Assembly: GCF_001194135.2 (NCBI RefSeq)
Contig: NC_068987.1
Location: forward strand, 7,187,283-7,251,282
Source: Octopus bimaculoides
Lineage: Eukaryota
Direction of reading: 5' to 3'
DNA length: 64,000 bases
Shown: piece after piece, positions 39,533-52,654 of the stretch
Position numbering within the stretch: the stretch's first letter is position 1
Layout of the letters: each line of letters begins with the position of its first letter
Made by a program: the position numbers and the translations under genes
Notes under the pieces: generated by a model
The model's database searches: none
What the model was told of the DNA's origin: nothing
The model's input: the letters and a program-made list of their open reading frames with translations, nothing else

Positions 39533-40297
39533 NNNNNNNNNNNNNNNNNNNNNNNNNNNNNNNNNNNNNNNNNNNNNNNNNNNNNNNNNNNNNNNNNNNN
39601 NNNNNNNNNNNNNNNNNNNNNNNNNNNNNNNNNNNNNNNNNNNNNNNNNNNNNNNNNNNNNNNNNNNNNNNNNNNNNNNNNNNNNNNNNNNNNNNNNNNN
39701 NNNNNNNNNNNNNNNNNNNNNNNNNNNNNNNNNNNNNNNNNNNNNNNNNNNNNNNNNNNNNNNNNNNNNNNNNNNNNNNNNNNNNNNNNNNNNNNNNNNN
39801 NNNNNNNNNNNNNNNNNNNNNNNNNNNNNNNNNNNNNNNNNNNNNNNNNNNNNNNNNNNNNNNNNNNNNNNNNNNNNNNNNNNNNNNNNNNNNNNNNNNN
39901 NNNNNNNNNNNNNNNNNNNNNNNNNNNNNNNNNNNNNNNNNNNNNNNNNNNNNNNNNNNNNNNNNNNNNNNNNNNNNNNNNNNNNNNNNNNNNNNNNNNN
40001 NNNNNNNNNNNNNNNNNNNNNNNNNNNNNNNNNNNNNNNNNNNNNNNNNNNNNNNNNNNNNNNNNNNNNNNNNNNNNNNNNNNNNNNNNNNNNNNNNNNN
40101 NNNNNNNNNNNNNNNNNNNNNNNNNNNNNNNNNNNNNNNNNNNNNNNNNNNNNNNNNNNNNNNNNNNNNNNNNNNNNNNNNNNNNNNNNNNNNNNNNNNN
40201 NNNNNNNNNNNNNNNNNNNNNNNNNNNNNNNNNNNNNNNTGGTGTTGTATGTAAAGTCGTTGACCCAAATTTAATGTTTGTTCTATAAGCAATGCAT

Positions 40298-40341
<44 letters not shown>

Positions 40342-42814
40342 GTATGCATGCGTGCATCTGTCTATATGAATAGAAAAGAAGGGGAATTAGGTGAGAGGGC
40401 GGGGAATTGATGTTTTGTCCATTCGTTTACAGTTGTTTCATAATCGTTTTAGTTATATAATAGATATTACATTAACGTCCGCACGTACATAAAGTATACA
40501 TATAAATATATGTGCGTATGTAAACCCATATATACAAGTGAGCTGAGAATTTAATAGAATAATCTTTGAAATGTTTCATTGTAAACCAAAACGTCAACTT
40601 TGTCAATATATATGTAATTAATTATGTTATATTTTGCAGAGTGTGTATGCAGTCTTTTTAATGATCTTGCCATCTCGCCATCATTTTTGTATGATTTTCT
40701 TTGACTCAAACTCATTTCTATTATATCACACTATTCTTCCATTTATAAAGGAAAGAATGCCAATATTTTCTATTCGATAATTTTTATTATTTCTTTGTAT
40801 TTTTTATGACTGATTCGTGTATGATTTTATTTGGAAGCGGTTACATGTGTCAATCATGGCGATTCTTATTATATTCGGTCGTTTCCAAACACGAATTCTC
40901 CGAAGTATCACGCCGGCATTATTTCGTTTCAGTTCATAGAGCGATAGAATTAACGTTTAGATGATATAAATATTTCAGATGTATTTTATTAATGTTTGGC
41001 AGCTATTTCGAATTTATTGATAATATTTGGTTAAAGTATAGTCATCTAGTTGCGTACAATCGTATATACGCATTCATATGTGATATTTGTGCATCTCTCA
41101 CCCCCTCTATCCCCCCCACCTCTATCTTCATCTCTCTGGTGTACATATGGAGAGATAACAGAAGAGTAAGAAATACCCAAGATTCTATGATGTTGAAATA
41201 CATAACTTAGTTCCAATTACCGGTTGACAATTGTCTCCACTAACTTTACATTAGGAGCCATCTTGAAGATTGCTGTCACGATATATTTTGTTTTGTCTCC
41301 CTTAAACAAATATAAGGCATTGCGTGTTGTTCCTAAAGAAACTGATATTTGAGAGATAGTGTATAAGTTGTTTACTTAAAAGAATACGCTTTAGTTTGCT
41401 CCAGTTTGTTGGTTAAATTAGATAAAGTAAAGTTTCTAAGAGCTCGGAAAATGATAAAAATGTACTATTATATAATACGCCAGTGAAATATTGAATAGCC
41501 TTTATTTAACCAAGTAGCTGATTCAATGTTTAGACGAATGTGTGAGGAATATGGGCAATGTTGCGGGATAAAGTATAATGAAAAGGGATTAAATGAGACT
41601 CCAGATCAAACAGATGAAGTAAACTTTTCATTAAAGTTTCACCAACCGTAGATATCCTCCGTTTTAAAGAATATCTGATACCACATTGTCTAATGTATCT
41701 GTTTCTTCTTCAAGATAGTAGGGCATGAATTGCGGAAATTTAGCTACTATTTTAGGCAAGTTGAATTATCAATAGCCTCTTAAATTGTTTCACTAGTATA
41801 GCAGTTTGTATGGGCGTTAGTAAGGTGATCGATCTAATTAGAAGTAATATGATTGACATTATTAAACAAGAATAACAGCTAACAGTGGTCAACCACAAGT
41901 TGTTTGGTCATGGTCAACCAAAAGTTATTTTGAATAAGTCGATTTTTTATTTATTTATTACGAAGGCAAATTATTTAGTTACTTTCATTGTATGAGAAAA
42001 TAGAGACTATGACCAAGATATAAGTTCATAAAAGTTGTCAGTAACATAAACAAAAATGGCTTTAATGGCAGACTGTGTTATGTAAGAATTCTGCTTGCAG
42101 AGAATTCACCTCCCGGTCAATGACATTTACCAGCAGAGCTACAGTGAGTGGAAATAGATCTAAAACATGTTTGCTCTTGTTACGAAATTATTTGTCATAC
42201 CTTTTAGAACCTTACATTTTAATTTTAATTTTAATACTCAAAATAGATTACGTCCACCTCCACAAATGGAAAGAAAGAACTCTGTCGAATGCATGATCAC
42301 GTACTACCAACTAGAAATGAATGAAAGTTGGTTGAATAGAAAACAATACAACACTAATAGCTTGAACTATGATGACGAAATGTTTGTTGGCTAGACGTGT
42401 TATATCTAGTAGCAAAAGCTGAACACAAGATATTAATACAAATAATACCATAAGGTTATTCGCTTAATTTTAGCTGTAGCTAACTTTAAAAACTTAATCC
42501 TGTGAATTTGAATTTTCTAATATATAAAGCCAATTCATACGCTACAAATACTTGGCGGTGTCTTAGCAGAGCCACGGCCTCTAACTGAAACAACTCTGAT
42601 ATATACGTTACACGTATGATTCGAAACGATAGAGAGCAAATTTCATAAATTCTCGGGAATTTTCTTCCTTTTTTTCTTTGTTTGTTTCAAAAGGTATTTT
42701 AATACAAGAATTGTTTGCATATCTTGTATTTTATTTCTTCAGAAGTTCACATTCGGGTTTTGTAATTATTACTCTAATATGTGTGAATAGAGATAAACTA
42801 ATGTCCCTCTAGGC

Positions 42815-43354
42815 CAGAGGTCAACAAATTTTTTTCACGGCGGACGAGATAACTGAGAGAATGACGATCGCGGGCCGCATAACCATTTTGTTCAATGCAG
42901 TACAGTGTATATACAAAACATAAAGACTACCAACATATTTATTTACCAAACATTTATCAAAGAAAGCGACGCTAACAATAAGAATGTCTATATAACACCA
43001 ACACCCAATGCGCACATAATCTTACAAACTAAGCAGCAAAAACGTGAGTGAGGTTTGCGAAACTGGTGTTTAGCTTTTAAGACATCATCAATGTTTGCTT
43101 TGGAATTGCTGCATCCAACCAAGAGAATTGCTTTGAAATGTTCATCAGTCAACCTCTTTCAATGTGCTGACTTTACATTCTTCATTTTTGAAAACGTTTG
43201 CTCACAGACATAAGTTGTTCCAAACATTGCTGCCATACGAGAGGCAAATGAACTCTCATTGCGGGTACTTACACAAAAGGTACAGTGCGGCGGGCTGCTT
43301 GAACTGACCTTGTGGGCTAGATCCGGCCCGCGGACAGTAGTTTGGTGACTACTG
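42815..43354 (-). mobile_element. hAT-Charlie non-autonomous element retaining the transposase dimerisation domain
   Basis: TIRs CAGAGGTCAACAAA / TTTGGTGACTACTG. 8-bp TSD CTCTAGGC (42807-42814) / CTCTAGAC (43355-43362). Minus frame FASRMAAMFGTTYVCEQTFSKMKNVKSAH*KRLTDEHF. Confidence 0.9.
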
Positions 43355-44440
43355 CTCTAGACGGATGGCCAACATAAATTTTGTAATTTGACAGCAATTG
43401 ATAAACGAAATCAGATTTTGGAGGCATTTTGTCAGGAGCCGATATTGATTTTAATCAATATCTACAAAAGATCTTTGGATAATTGCTTCTAAACAAAGAG
43501 TCAGTGAATCAATTTAAAATTGAAAATAGTGTAGTTGTGTACACTTTTACATGTTTCAGAAGTGTGTGTTGTCTCCCCTCCTNNNNNNNNNNNNNNNNNN
43601 NNNNNNNNNNNNNNNNNNNNNNNNNNNNNNNNNNNNNNNNNNNNNNNNNNNNNNNNNNNNNNNNNNNNNNNNNNNNNNNNGTACTTGATTATATGTGTAT
43701 TTCAACTGGTAATTGTGATACTCATTTCTTCATAATATTCGCGCGATTAGAAATCTGAATTTGAAAGTAAAGACTAATACTCATAGAAATGAAAGATTTA
43801 TTTATTTTTATTTTTTACGAAGGTCTTAAAATTTCTAATCGTTGATCGAGATATTGTCATCTATACTAATTGTTCCACTATTGCTAACATTCTGTAACCG
43901 AACTTAAACATTGCAGGAAGATCAGGTGTGGTGGTAATGACCGCAATGATTGCCTATATATTCTGTAGACTATACGCCTATTTATCATTGGCCATATTGT
44001 TAGATATTATTCCTGTATATTCCTATATACCTGAGCTAGTGTAATTTAGATACAATGCATCATCTTGAGATTGGATTCATTATTTCCTTGCTTTGTATTT
44101 CACCCACTAGTCCATTTTAATACTCATGAAATGTAGTTTTAAACAGAGGTACTAGAAACAACGTAGCGATCAAGACACAAGAATACGACCGTTGTAGTAT
44201 CAAATGTAAAATGACAGGTATTAGTGGTAGAAGTTAAATATTCTGCTAAATATAAATAAACTTTGACACTAAAACAGGCTTACATTCACCTATACTGAAC
44301 TTACGTAGAATTAGAAAGTAAGAATTTTCGATTAATCAATAAGAGGAAAATACCACATACCACTTTCCTGCAGTTCATATTACCAATATATTTTATACGT
44401 CGAAATCATGGTACTTTGAAAATATCGAATAAAAATATAG

Positions 44441-44530
44441 ACACAAGAGTGGCTGTGTGGTAAGAAGCTTGTTTCTGGTCGCACAGTTTCGTGTCCAGTC
44501 CCACAGTGTTGCCCCTTGTGCAAGTGTCTT
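44441..44530 (+). mobile_element. SINE family B head
   Basis: GAGTGGCTGTGTGGTAAGAAGCTTG..CAGTCCCACAGTG..GCAAGTGTCTT. Confidence 0.75.
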
Positions 44531-44665
44531 ACATAATAAATGTGATCGTACAAATTGAATCATCCTTGATGAAAGAGGTGATGATATTGAGTGGACCTAA
44601 GTTCATTTTTGCACCATTATGCTCCCAGAAACGGCCGTCGGATGTAACCCCCTGGATGTTATAAT

Positions 44666-45570
44666 AATACACATTGTGTACTGGAGATCACGAACGAGTG
44701 AGATATACGTAAACACACGAGAGAAAAGTACAGGACAAAATACGAATAGAAGATAACTCCTGATCTGTTGTCGAGCGGTTTATTTGTCATATTTCTTGCT
44801 TTTAACGACAATATAGGGAACTTTATACGACAGCAGGATCCAGAAATGTTTAAAATATAAAATCCATAGTGACTTAGAGCTTCGAACGACCAAACTACAA
44901 CAGAATAGACCTACAGAGTAAACAATCGACAAAGACAAACATGAAGGGCTGTTAAGCCATCCCACTATAACCTTCTTTGCTTCCCTTATCTGTCTTTCTT
45001 CCACTCTCTTGTCGTTCCTTCTCTTTTCTCCTCACTTCTTTTGTTTCTTTCCCTCATCCTCTCTCTTGTCTCCCTTCCCCTCTGCCTCTGCTACTTACAA
45101 GTGACTACTGGCCATTTCTCTTGCCCCTGTCTTTTCTGGACTTGACGTTCACCGAGTTGGATGTCATCTTTCTCGGCTCCCGACATTTTTCTTCTATCTT
45201 TTTCTTCTCTTCTAATTATTCTATTTCCTTTAGAAAAAATTCTCCCTGGCGTTACGCATTACAATTCCTCTAGTCCTATCGACCCTTAATGTTTGTCTTT
45301 GTCGATTGTTTACTCCATAGGTCCATTCTGTCGTTGTTTGTTCATTCGATGCTCTAACTTACCATGAATTTTATATTTTAAAAATTTCTGGGTACTGCTG
45401 TCTTATGAAGTTCCCTATATTGTCGTTAAAAGCACGAAATAGGAGTAAAAAACAGCCCAACAACTGATGAGGAGTTATCTTCTATTGGTATTTTGTCCTA
45501 TACTTTTCTCTCGTGTCTTTACGTATGTTTCACTCGCTGGTGATGTTCTATACACAATGTGTATTTTTCA
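44666..45570. mobile_element. Foldback / long-TIR element
   Basis: Arms 44666-44948 and 45283-45570 are inverted copies, roughly 80-85% identical by eye (e.g. TTTTAACGACAATATAGGGAACTT / AAGTTCCCTATATTGTCGTTAAAA). Weaker similarity extends to about 44625 and 45630. Confidence 0.75.
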
Positions 45571-46782
45571 TTGTATATATACATACATACATACACATCT
45601 GAGCTTCTGGTTACGACCGCGTAACGTATCTGTTCGACAAAAGAGACTGAATTCACCCCAGAACGGAGTTTTGGTGTTAAATCCGGTCTTAGTTTGTGCC
45701 TATGTTCAAATATGAGTTTAAAAATATAAAGACATTCACACTCGTAAATCAATTTCATGTATTCAACCTTTAGCTTTCCAATCCGCTTTACCTGAAATCT
45801 TCAGGGACTTGAGTACAAATGTAACAGCACTACTAACGTCCAAAATAGCAACATATTCTATTCTGATCGACTGCATTTACTAGAAGTAACAACAGGCTTT
45901 ATGTATAATTGAAATATTAACGGGCTGGGGGTTAATAGAAATACTACACGTTCGTTAACATTAACTTTGAAGGTAAATTCATTTATATGCACATATGCAA
46001 ACATATAAAAACATTCATGCTTTTGTGCCTCTGCCTGTGTTTGTTTCATGTGCCTGTGTAGATCTTCATGAGTAAGTGTATTACATGTTTACATGTGCAG
46101 CCGTTTGTATGTGCGTGCGTTCAGATTTCCCTGCATGAAGAGAACTGATAATTCTCAAGTAAAACTGAATAATAATTTATGAAGAAAGATAAATTCATTT
46201 GAAGCAAGAAGAACAAAAAGTAAATTGCTTACATTCAAGCGAGGAAAATAAAAAAGAAGTTCCTTCATGGAAAATGAAATGTTTGGATGAGAATAGCCAC
46301 CTTTGAATAGCATGCAAGAATCTAGAAGCGCTGTAATAACTGAGAAAATGGAAATTTAACAAGAAACAATTATGTAAGTGAAGGTAATAAAAATATCTAA
46401 AAACTTGCAGGTTAGAGGAATTGTTGAATCAATTTACTGTTCCCTCTGATTGGATTTATATAATATAATTAAGATTTTCTATGAATAGACTTGGGAATTC
46501 AAGTGTAATTTTGTGACAAAAATTCCGTATTCCAAAGTTCTCAGCGCAAATGCATTATTCCTTAATTTTTTTTATCTCTTCCTTTTATTGACATTATGAT
46601 ATTCTCATCAAGTTTGAAAAGATAAACGAGAGAAGGTTAAAAAGAAAAGACAAAACTATAAAAACAGTGCCAGACAAAACAGACCGAGCGTCAGGTGATT
46701 AATTTAATGCTTCCCAAATTAATCTCGGTTAAAATTGGAAGTTAGAAACAAGAAAAATACAGACTGAAAAAGTTGACATCTG

Positions 46783-47125
46783 TATGACTGCGTGGTAAGA
46801 TGTTTACTTCCAAACCACATGGCTTCGAGTTTAGTCCCACTGTGTGACACATTGTGTGAGAGTCTTATACTGTAGCCTCGGGATAACCAAAGCCTAGCGA
46901 GTGGATTTGGAATATGGAAAATAAAAGAAGCTCCTTGTACATCTATGTGTGTGTTTGTGTGCTTGGGTCTATCTCTACCGCTTGACAACCAGGGCTGCCT
47001 TATTTATCTCCCTTAACTAAACAGCTAAGTAAAAGAGAAAGATAAAATAACTACCAGAATTTTAAAAAAAGCATATGTAGGCGGCGCCAATGACTGAAAC
47101 AAGTAAAATATAAAAGATAAAAACA
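46783..47125 (+). mobile_element. SINE family B, near full length (diverged)
   Basis: ACCACATGG..AGTCCCACTG..GTAGCCTCGGG..GTGGATTTGG..CGCTTGACAACC..AATGACTGAAACAAGTAAAA. Confidence 0.8.
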
Positions 47126-47331
47126 GAAAAATATGTTGCAGATACATCCGTTGTATGAGTATAATTATCAACTGGTTAAAATTACAAGCAACTGCTACAC
47201 TATATGAAAAAAACAAATTGCAGAAGGAAATTTTGAGAGAATGAAAGAACTTAACAATGAAATTAGAAAAATTATTTCGATCTAACACCATAAAAAAAAG
47301 CAAAGAAAAACAAACGGTTTGTCAACTCTTC

Positions 47332-48171
47332 GGCGGAGGTAAAGATCATGGACCGCACCCCCTTTGGGATTTTTTTAAAGTTTTTGTTTTTTACAGGAAC
47401 ACACTATATCGAGGGCAGAGATTTCGGATCTGCAAAAGTAAAAAGCATTTCAAAATTTTAATTTTCCCCCATCGATGTCTTAAATTTTCACTCTTTTAAA
47501 AATTTTGGGGGGGGCGAAATACGTAGAAAAATACGGAGATTATGATTCTTAAAAAAATCGTTTGTAAAATTTCAATTAAAAACAAAATAAACGCCCTTCA
47601 CCTCCACTTTATAACAGAAAGTGAAATTTACCCCACCCCTTTTTTACTTTGCCTGAGGAGCAAAGAATGAANNNNNNNNNNGTTTTTGTTTTTTACAGGA
47701 ACACACTATATCGAGGGCAGAGATTTCGGATCTGCAAAAGTAAAAAGCATTTCAAAATTTTAATACGAATTACCAAAAAAGAAAAAATTTCATAACTTAA
47801 ATCCCCACCCCCAATTTCTTCATTTTTCACTTATTTTCGAAGCATTGGGGGGGGGGGGGCGAAATACGTAGAAAAATACGGAGATTATGATTCTTAAAAA
47901 AATCGTTTGTAAAATTTCAATTAAAAACAAAATAAACGCCCTTCACCTCCACTTTATAACAGAAAGTGAAATTTACCCCACCCCTTTTTTACTTTGCCTG
48001 AGGAGCAAAGAATGAAAACGTGTTTTGGGGATTTCAAAATGTTCAATTTTTAAGTACGCCCCAACCGGAAATCTAACAAGCGAGAAACAACAGCCAAACC
48101 GACGATCAACTTTCTAAATACGAATTACCAAAAATAAAAAAAATGTTTTTTAATGTCATTTTGCTGTGAGC

Positions 48172-48202
<31 letters not shown>

Positions 48203-48602
48203 TGTGTCTGTGTGAGTGCAAAAAATTTTATTTTTACATAACTTTCTTAATTCCAAAAGACCCTCAACCACAACATCGTCGTGAAACATTAGTAAAGAAA
48301 AAACTTTAATTTCACTTCTTGTCATAGGGCAGAGGGGATGGGTGTTTATTTATTATTTTTTTTTTTAAATTTTAATTTTACAAATTTTTTCTTTTCAGTA
48401 TCATAAATTCCATATTTTTCTAAGTATTTCATCTTGCAAAATTTTTCTAAAAAGTGAAAATTTAAGAAATGGGTTTGGGGTTAAAATTTTGAAATATGTT
48501 TTTCTTAATTTATCAGATTTGGAATCTCCGCCATCGATATAGTGTGTTCCCGTAAAAAAAAATAATAAAATCCTAAAGGGGTCCATGATCTTTACCTCCG
48601 CC
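47332..48602. mobile_element. Non-autonomous DNA transposon, ~170-bp TIRs starting GG, 8-bp TSD (Merlin-like; Mutator or P not excluded)
   Basis: TIR GGCGGAGGTAAAGATCATGGAC / GTCCATGATCTTTACCTCCGCC. Flanks AACTCTTC (47324-47331) / AACACTTC (48603-48610) match 7/8. Confidence 0.75.
47382..48010. other. Direct duplication across a 10-N gap (probable uncollapsed haplotypes)
   Basis: About 47382-47670 recurs at about 47682-48010. The copies are near-identical except for one divergent internal segment. Confidence 0.7.
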
Positions 48603-48749
48603 AACACTTCTGTACGTGGCTGATTTTAATGACATGGAATATTAAATTTTAATTGAAAATATTCAAGGAAAGTGCACTAAACCTTCCATGGTAAGTCGGG
48701 TAAATGCCGGAAGCATTTTACGGTTATTAAATAGCGGAGTAAACAATGG

Positions 48750-48793
48750 TGTGCACTTGATGGACACTTGATGTGCACTCGATGCACACTTGG
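48750..48793. repeat. 11-bp x4 imperfect tandem repeat
   Basis: TGTGCACTTGA TGGACACTTGA TGTGCACTCGA TGCACACTTGG. Confidence 0.85.
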
Positions 48794-49766
48794 TTCCCAA
48801 ATGATTACTAAAAATATTTCTCTAGAAGTTAATTGATGTAGAAATTAATTCAGGTTGCCTTCGTTATAATTTAACTTGGGTATTGGTGTAATGTTAGCAT
48901 TAACTGTGAATAACAGTGAACATACAAATGAGGAATAAATTATCTGCGCACATTTAATTGGCAAACTGACTAACGAATACAATATATTCAACATGCATAT
49001 TAATTTATATTACAAAATTATAATTATCATAATTATGAATTAAGATCATTTGGGACAATTGCAGACATATTTTCCCTATATCTACAAACTATGCGCTATC
49101 TTGCATCACATTTCATATTGTCTTTCCTAATTTTCAATTATATCGCGAGAAAATCCTTCTTTCTCATTAAACATATTTTATTCATTAGCTCTATACCAAA
49201 TTTACCGAGATCTATGCACGTTACGTAAGCCTTAAGTAACGTATTGTACCAATATATTTGTTAACGAGCGAGATCTCTATGTGGAAGAACGAACTGCGAG
49301 AAACGGGAGTCACAAACACCCCAAATTACATCCTACTCTGTAAAAAAAGAAGTACATATTGGATGTTGGATATACATGTACTCTGTATTTATGTATATAT
49401 GTTTAAGTGTATATGTGTGTGTGTGTGTTCTTTCAGTCATTTAAAATTTTTATGCTTTTACATACAAATGCATATTTACACATCTTCACATACACACACA
49501 TACATAAAGACACTTACACATATTCATAAACATTAATGACTTTTCTATAATTAGGAATGCTATTTCAATTAATTAAAAATTGTTTTCGGTTCACCACACG
49601 AAATTAGCAACATTGATGTCTGTAAGTATACTTATTTAATATACATACATTATTCTCTCTCACACACACACACACACGCACATATATATATATGATAAAT
49701 ATATACAATGAGAGAGAGAGAAGAGACAGAGTTGAGTGAAGTGTGTGTATGTGTGTATGTGTGTAT

Positions 49767-49824
<58 letters not shown>

Positions 49825-51139
49825 TAGAGAGAGTGCATTTATGAATCATTATGAATATATGATATAAATACCGAGTTGGTCCATCTATAGATAATATGTG
49901 AATTGTAAGCCAAAAGCAATTTATAGATTGATCTAGAAACGCTAAAATGTTGACTGGAAGAATCTTTTAATACATTCCTACAACAGATGAGTAATATCAT
50001 TTAATTAAAACTGTCCTCATTAAACTGACTTCAGCTCATAATTTTTTTCATTTATAAAGTTGACATTTTCCCCACTGTTATAGGTCATTATTTGCTTCCT
50101 ACTGGAAAAGAAACATTATGATGATTAATATATTTTGAAAGTGTGATGACACAGCATGTGAACGTCTTTATTACAAAAATACAGATGCAAATGAAGTTGT
50201 GCATTGGACTTAGAAGCTGAAATAATGTAAGAAGACAAAGAAACTTGTTTTCAAAATGGTTTACCCGTGAAATGTGCAGTTACAATCAGTTCTGAAGTCA
50301 CGCATCGTCGAACAACTATCATAAGCAAAGAAATAATGTAAAATATCATCAATAAAAATACCTGAATTTCAATGTCTGCAACAATAGTAAAAATATATCC
50401 GACGTCTAAAACAGTAGCAAATGAATAAATTCAATGTCCACAATAAGAAGAAGAAAATAAGAGATCAAACGAGTAGCAAAACTAGACTGGAAGAAAGACT
50501 AATAATTTCCCCTGTTAGCAGACGGCCTCAACTATTGAAGAGAAACATTGAGTCAATCTCACAGGTCTCAGAGTGCAAATAGCATTACTAGTCGAAGCTC
50601 CTGCATCTAGCTCATCTCTGTCTCAAGTAAAAAATATACAGATGGCGTGTATAGTGGACTGAAATTAAATTACCTTAGTACATGAACTAGCAAGCTCGCT
50701 TGCTACGCCACATTGCGGAAATATTTATAGAATGGATGTGCTTCTGGCTGATTTCAAAATGACATCAAGAAAAAATTGCAACGCATTGATCTACGCTTGT
50801 GGTTTGTCAAATGTTGCTCTCGGAATATCAGTAATGCGAAATGTCATCTTTCAGTCAGTAAATTACCATCCCAGTGGTGCAATGTGTATTGTGTGGTTAC
50901 TATATTTTGTATATTTAACACAGTCCAATGCTTAGAAATAAATATACATTGATAATAACAATAAATAAATAAACATTTGATGGATGGATGATGCAACTCG
51001 AGTATATAACACAGAACAGAAAAAATAAGAAATAAAGCATTTTATATACTTGCTTATTCATTCGTTGAGCAGAAGTCTATAGATCGCAACTCTGCTCTGC
51101 TAATAAATGGTAACTGTGTTGAATATTTATGCATTGCAA

Positions 51140-51420
51140 CTGGTGGGACGGTGGTAGAATCATTGTCACGTCGGCAGAAATGCTTTAGAGTTATCAACCA
51201 ATTCTCTGCATTCTGAGTTCAAATCCAACTTGCCAGAAGACAACGGAAAACCACTCCTGTGTTTCATCCCAAGTGTAGTTATGGTAACCAAAGTTCCAGG
51301 AACATACTTAACGGTGGAAGCGGAGGGTAAGGACCATTGCAGGTCGTAGAGAGTGTGCGGGAGAAGCTTCACATTCACGTGACCTACCCAAGGACACATC
51401 ACCACTAGAAATCGCATCTG
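51140..51420 (+). mobile_element. SINE family A-like head with a distinct 3' body
   Basis: GGTGGTAGAATCATTGTCACGTCGGCAGAAATGCTT..TTCTGAGTTCAAATCC. The extent of the body is uncertain. Confidence 0.55.
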
Positions 51421-52262
51421 AGTTGTTTACAAATATATCAACCAATATTTCAAATGTATATGCAACAGAAAAGTAGTCACCAACTGACCGGGGTACACGT
51501 GGACTTATGTTGTATAGTGGACAGAGACAACAGAAATCTTTTGCTTAGTATATAGTATACGGCGAAAGATTGTCCTCATTAGTACTTCCAGACTTTGCCC
51601 AAGGTACGATGTAGGGCAGAATAGCGCCTTTATGACTTTCCCCAGGAACTTTTAACTGCCGATTTGAAACTTTGTTAGTTCAACTTTGCTTTTAAGATTT
51701 CTAAGATCAATATATTATCGAACCAATCAGGATTTGGGATAAATCTAATTGAATGCCATAAATGTGATGTTTTATTTCTTATACTAGAAATCTATATCTA
51801 TTTTTTAACAAAATGATAGATTGGAAAAATCCATAGACTAACAGAGAAAATAACTAATGGTATTTACTTGCTCACTTTAATCTCTGATTTCGAATTCATA
51901 CGACTTTACCCTTTGATTTCAAATTCATGCATTTGGTTCTGCTGTATTGAAATATATATATTAGTTGAGTTCTGAAATCTATTTGAATGTTTTCTTTTCT
52001 CTACATTTAAAATATTTTGCCTACGTGGAAACAAAAATATTGATGTTAAATGTCGCTAAGTTCCACTTTGCCTTTCATCATTGTTGGATCGATCAGATCG
52101 ATTGCATACAATTTGCATCCTTGTACTTGTTAGAATTCAACATTCTTTTGTTACGTGACAATGTTTGACTCGGTAAGATTTGAACTCAGTACGTAACAGA
52201 ACAAAACTAAGCGCTCTGAAATATTTGATACTCTAAGACTCATAGTTATCATTATATCAATA

Positions 52263-52654
52263 TTGTTGTTGTTGTTGGCACTCCGTCGCTTATGACGTCG
52301 AGGATTCTAGTTGATCCGATCAACGGAACAGCCTGCTCGTGAAATTAACGTGCAAGTGGCTGAGAACTCCACAGACACGTGTACCCTTAACGTAGTTCTC
52401 GGGGATATTCAGCGTGGCACAGAGTGTGACAAGGCTGACCCTTTGAATTGCAGGCACAACAGAAACAGGAAGTAAGAGTGAGAGAAAGTTGTGGTAAAAG
52501 AGTACAGCAGGGTTCGCCACCATCCCCTGCCGGAGCCTCGTGGAGCTTTAGGTGTTTTCGCTCAATAAACACTTACAACGCCCGGTCTGGGTATCGAAAC
52601 CGCGATCCTATGACCGCGAGTCCGCTGCCCTAAACACTGGGCCATTTCGCCTCC
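52263..52654 (-). mobile_element. SINE family D, full length, CpG-rich (young), (CAA)n tail
   Basis: Minus strand GGAGGCGAAATGGCCCAGTGTTTAGGGCAGCGGACTC..GGTTTCGATACCC..GACGGAGTGCCAACAACAACAACAA. Confidence 0.92.

Noticed and set aside
50423-50584. 53-aa ORF MNKFNVHNKKKK..
   Set aside because: Short, with no homology or splice context, so compatible with chance.
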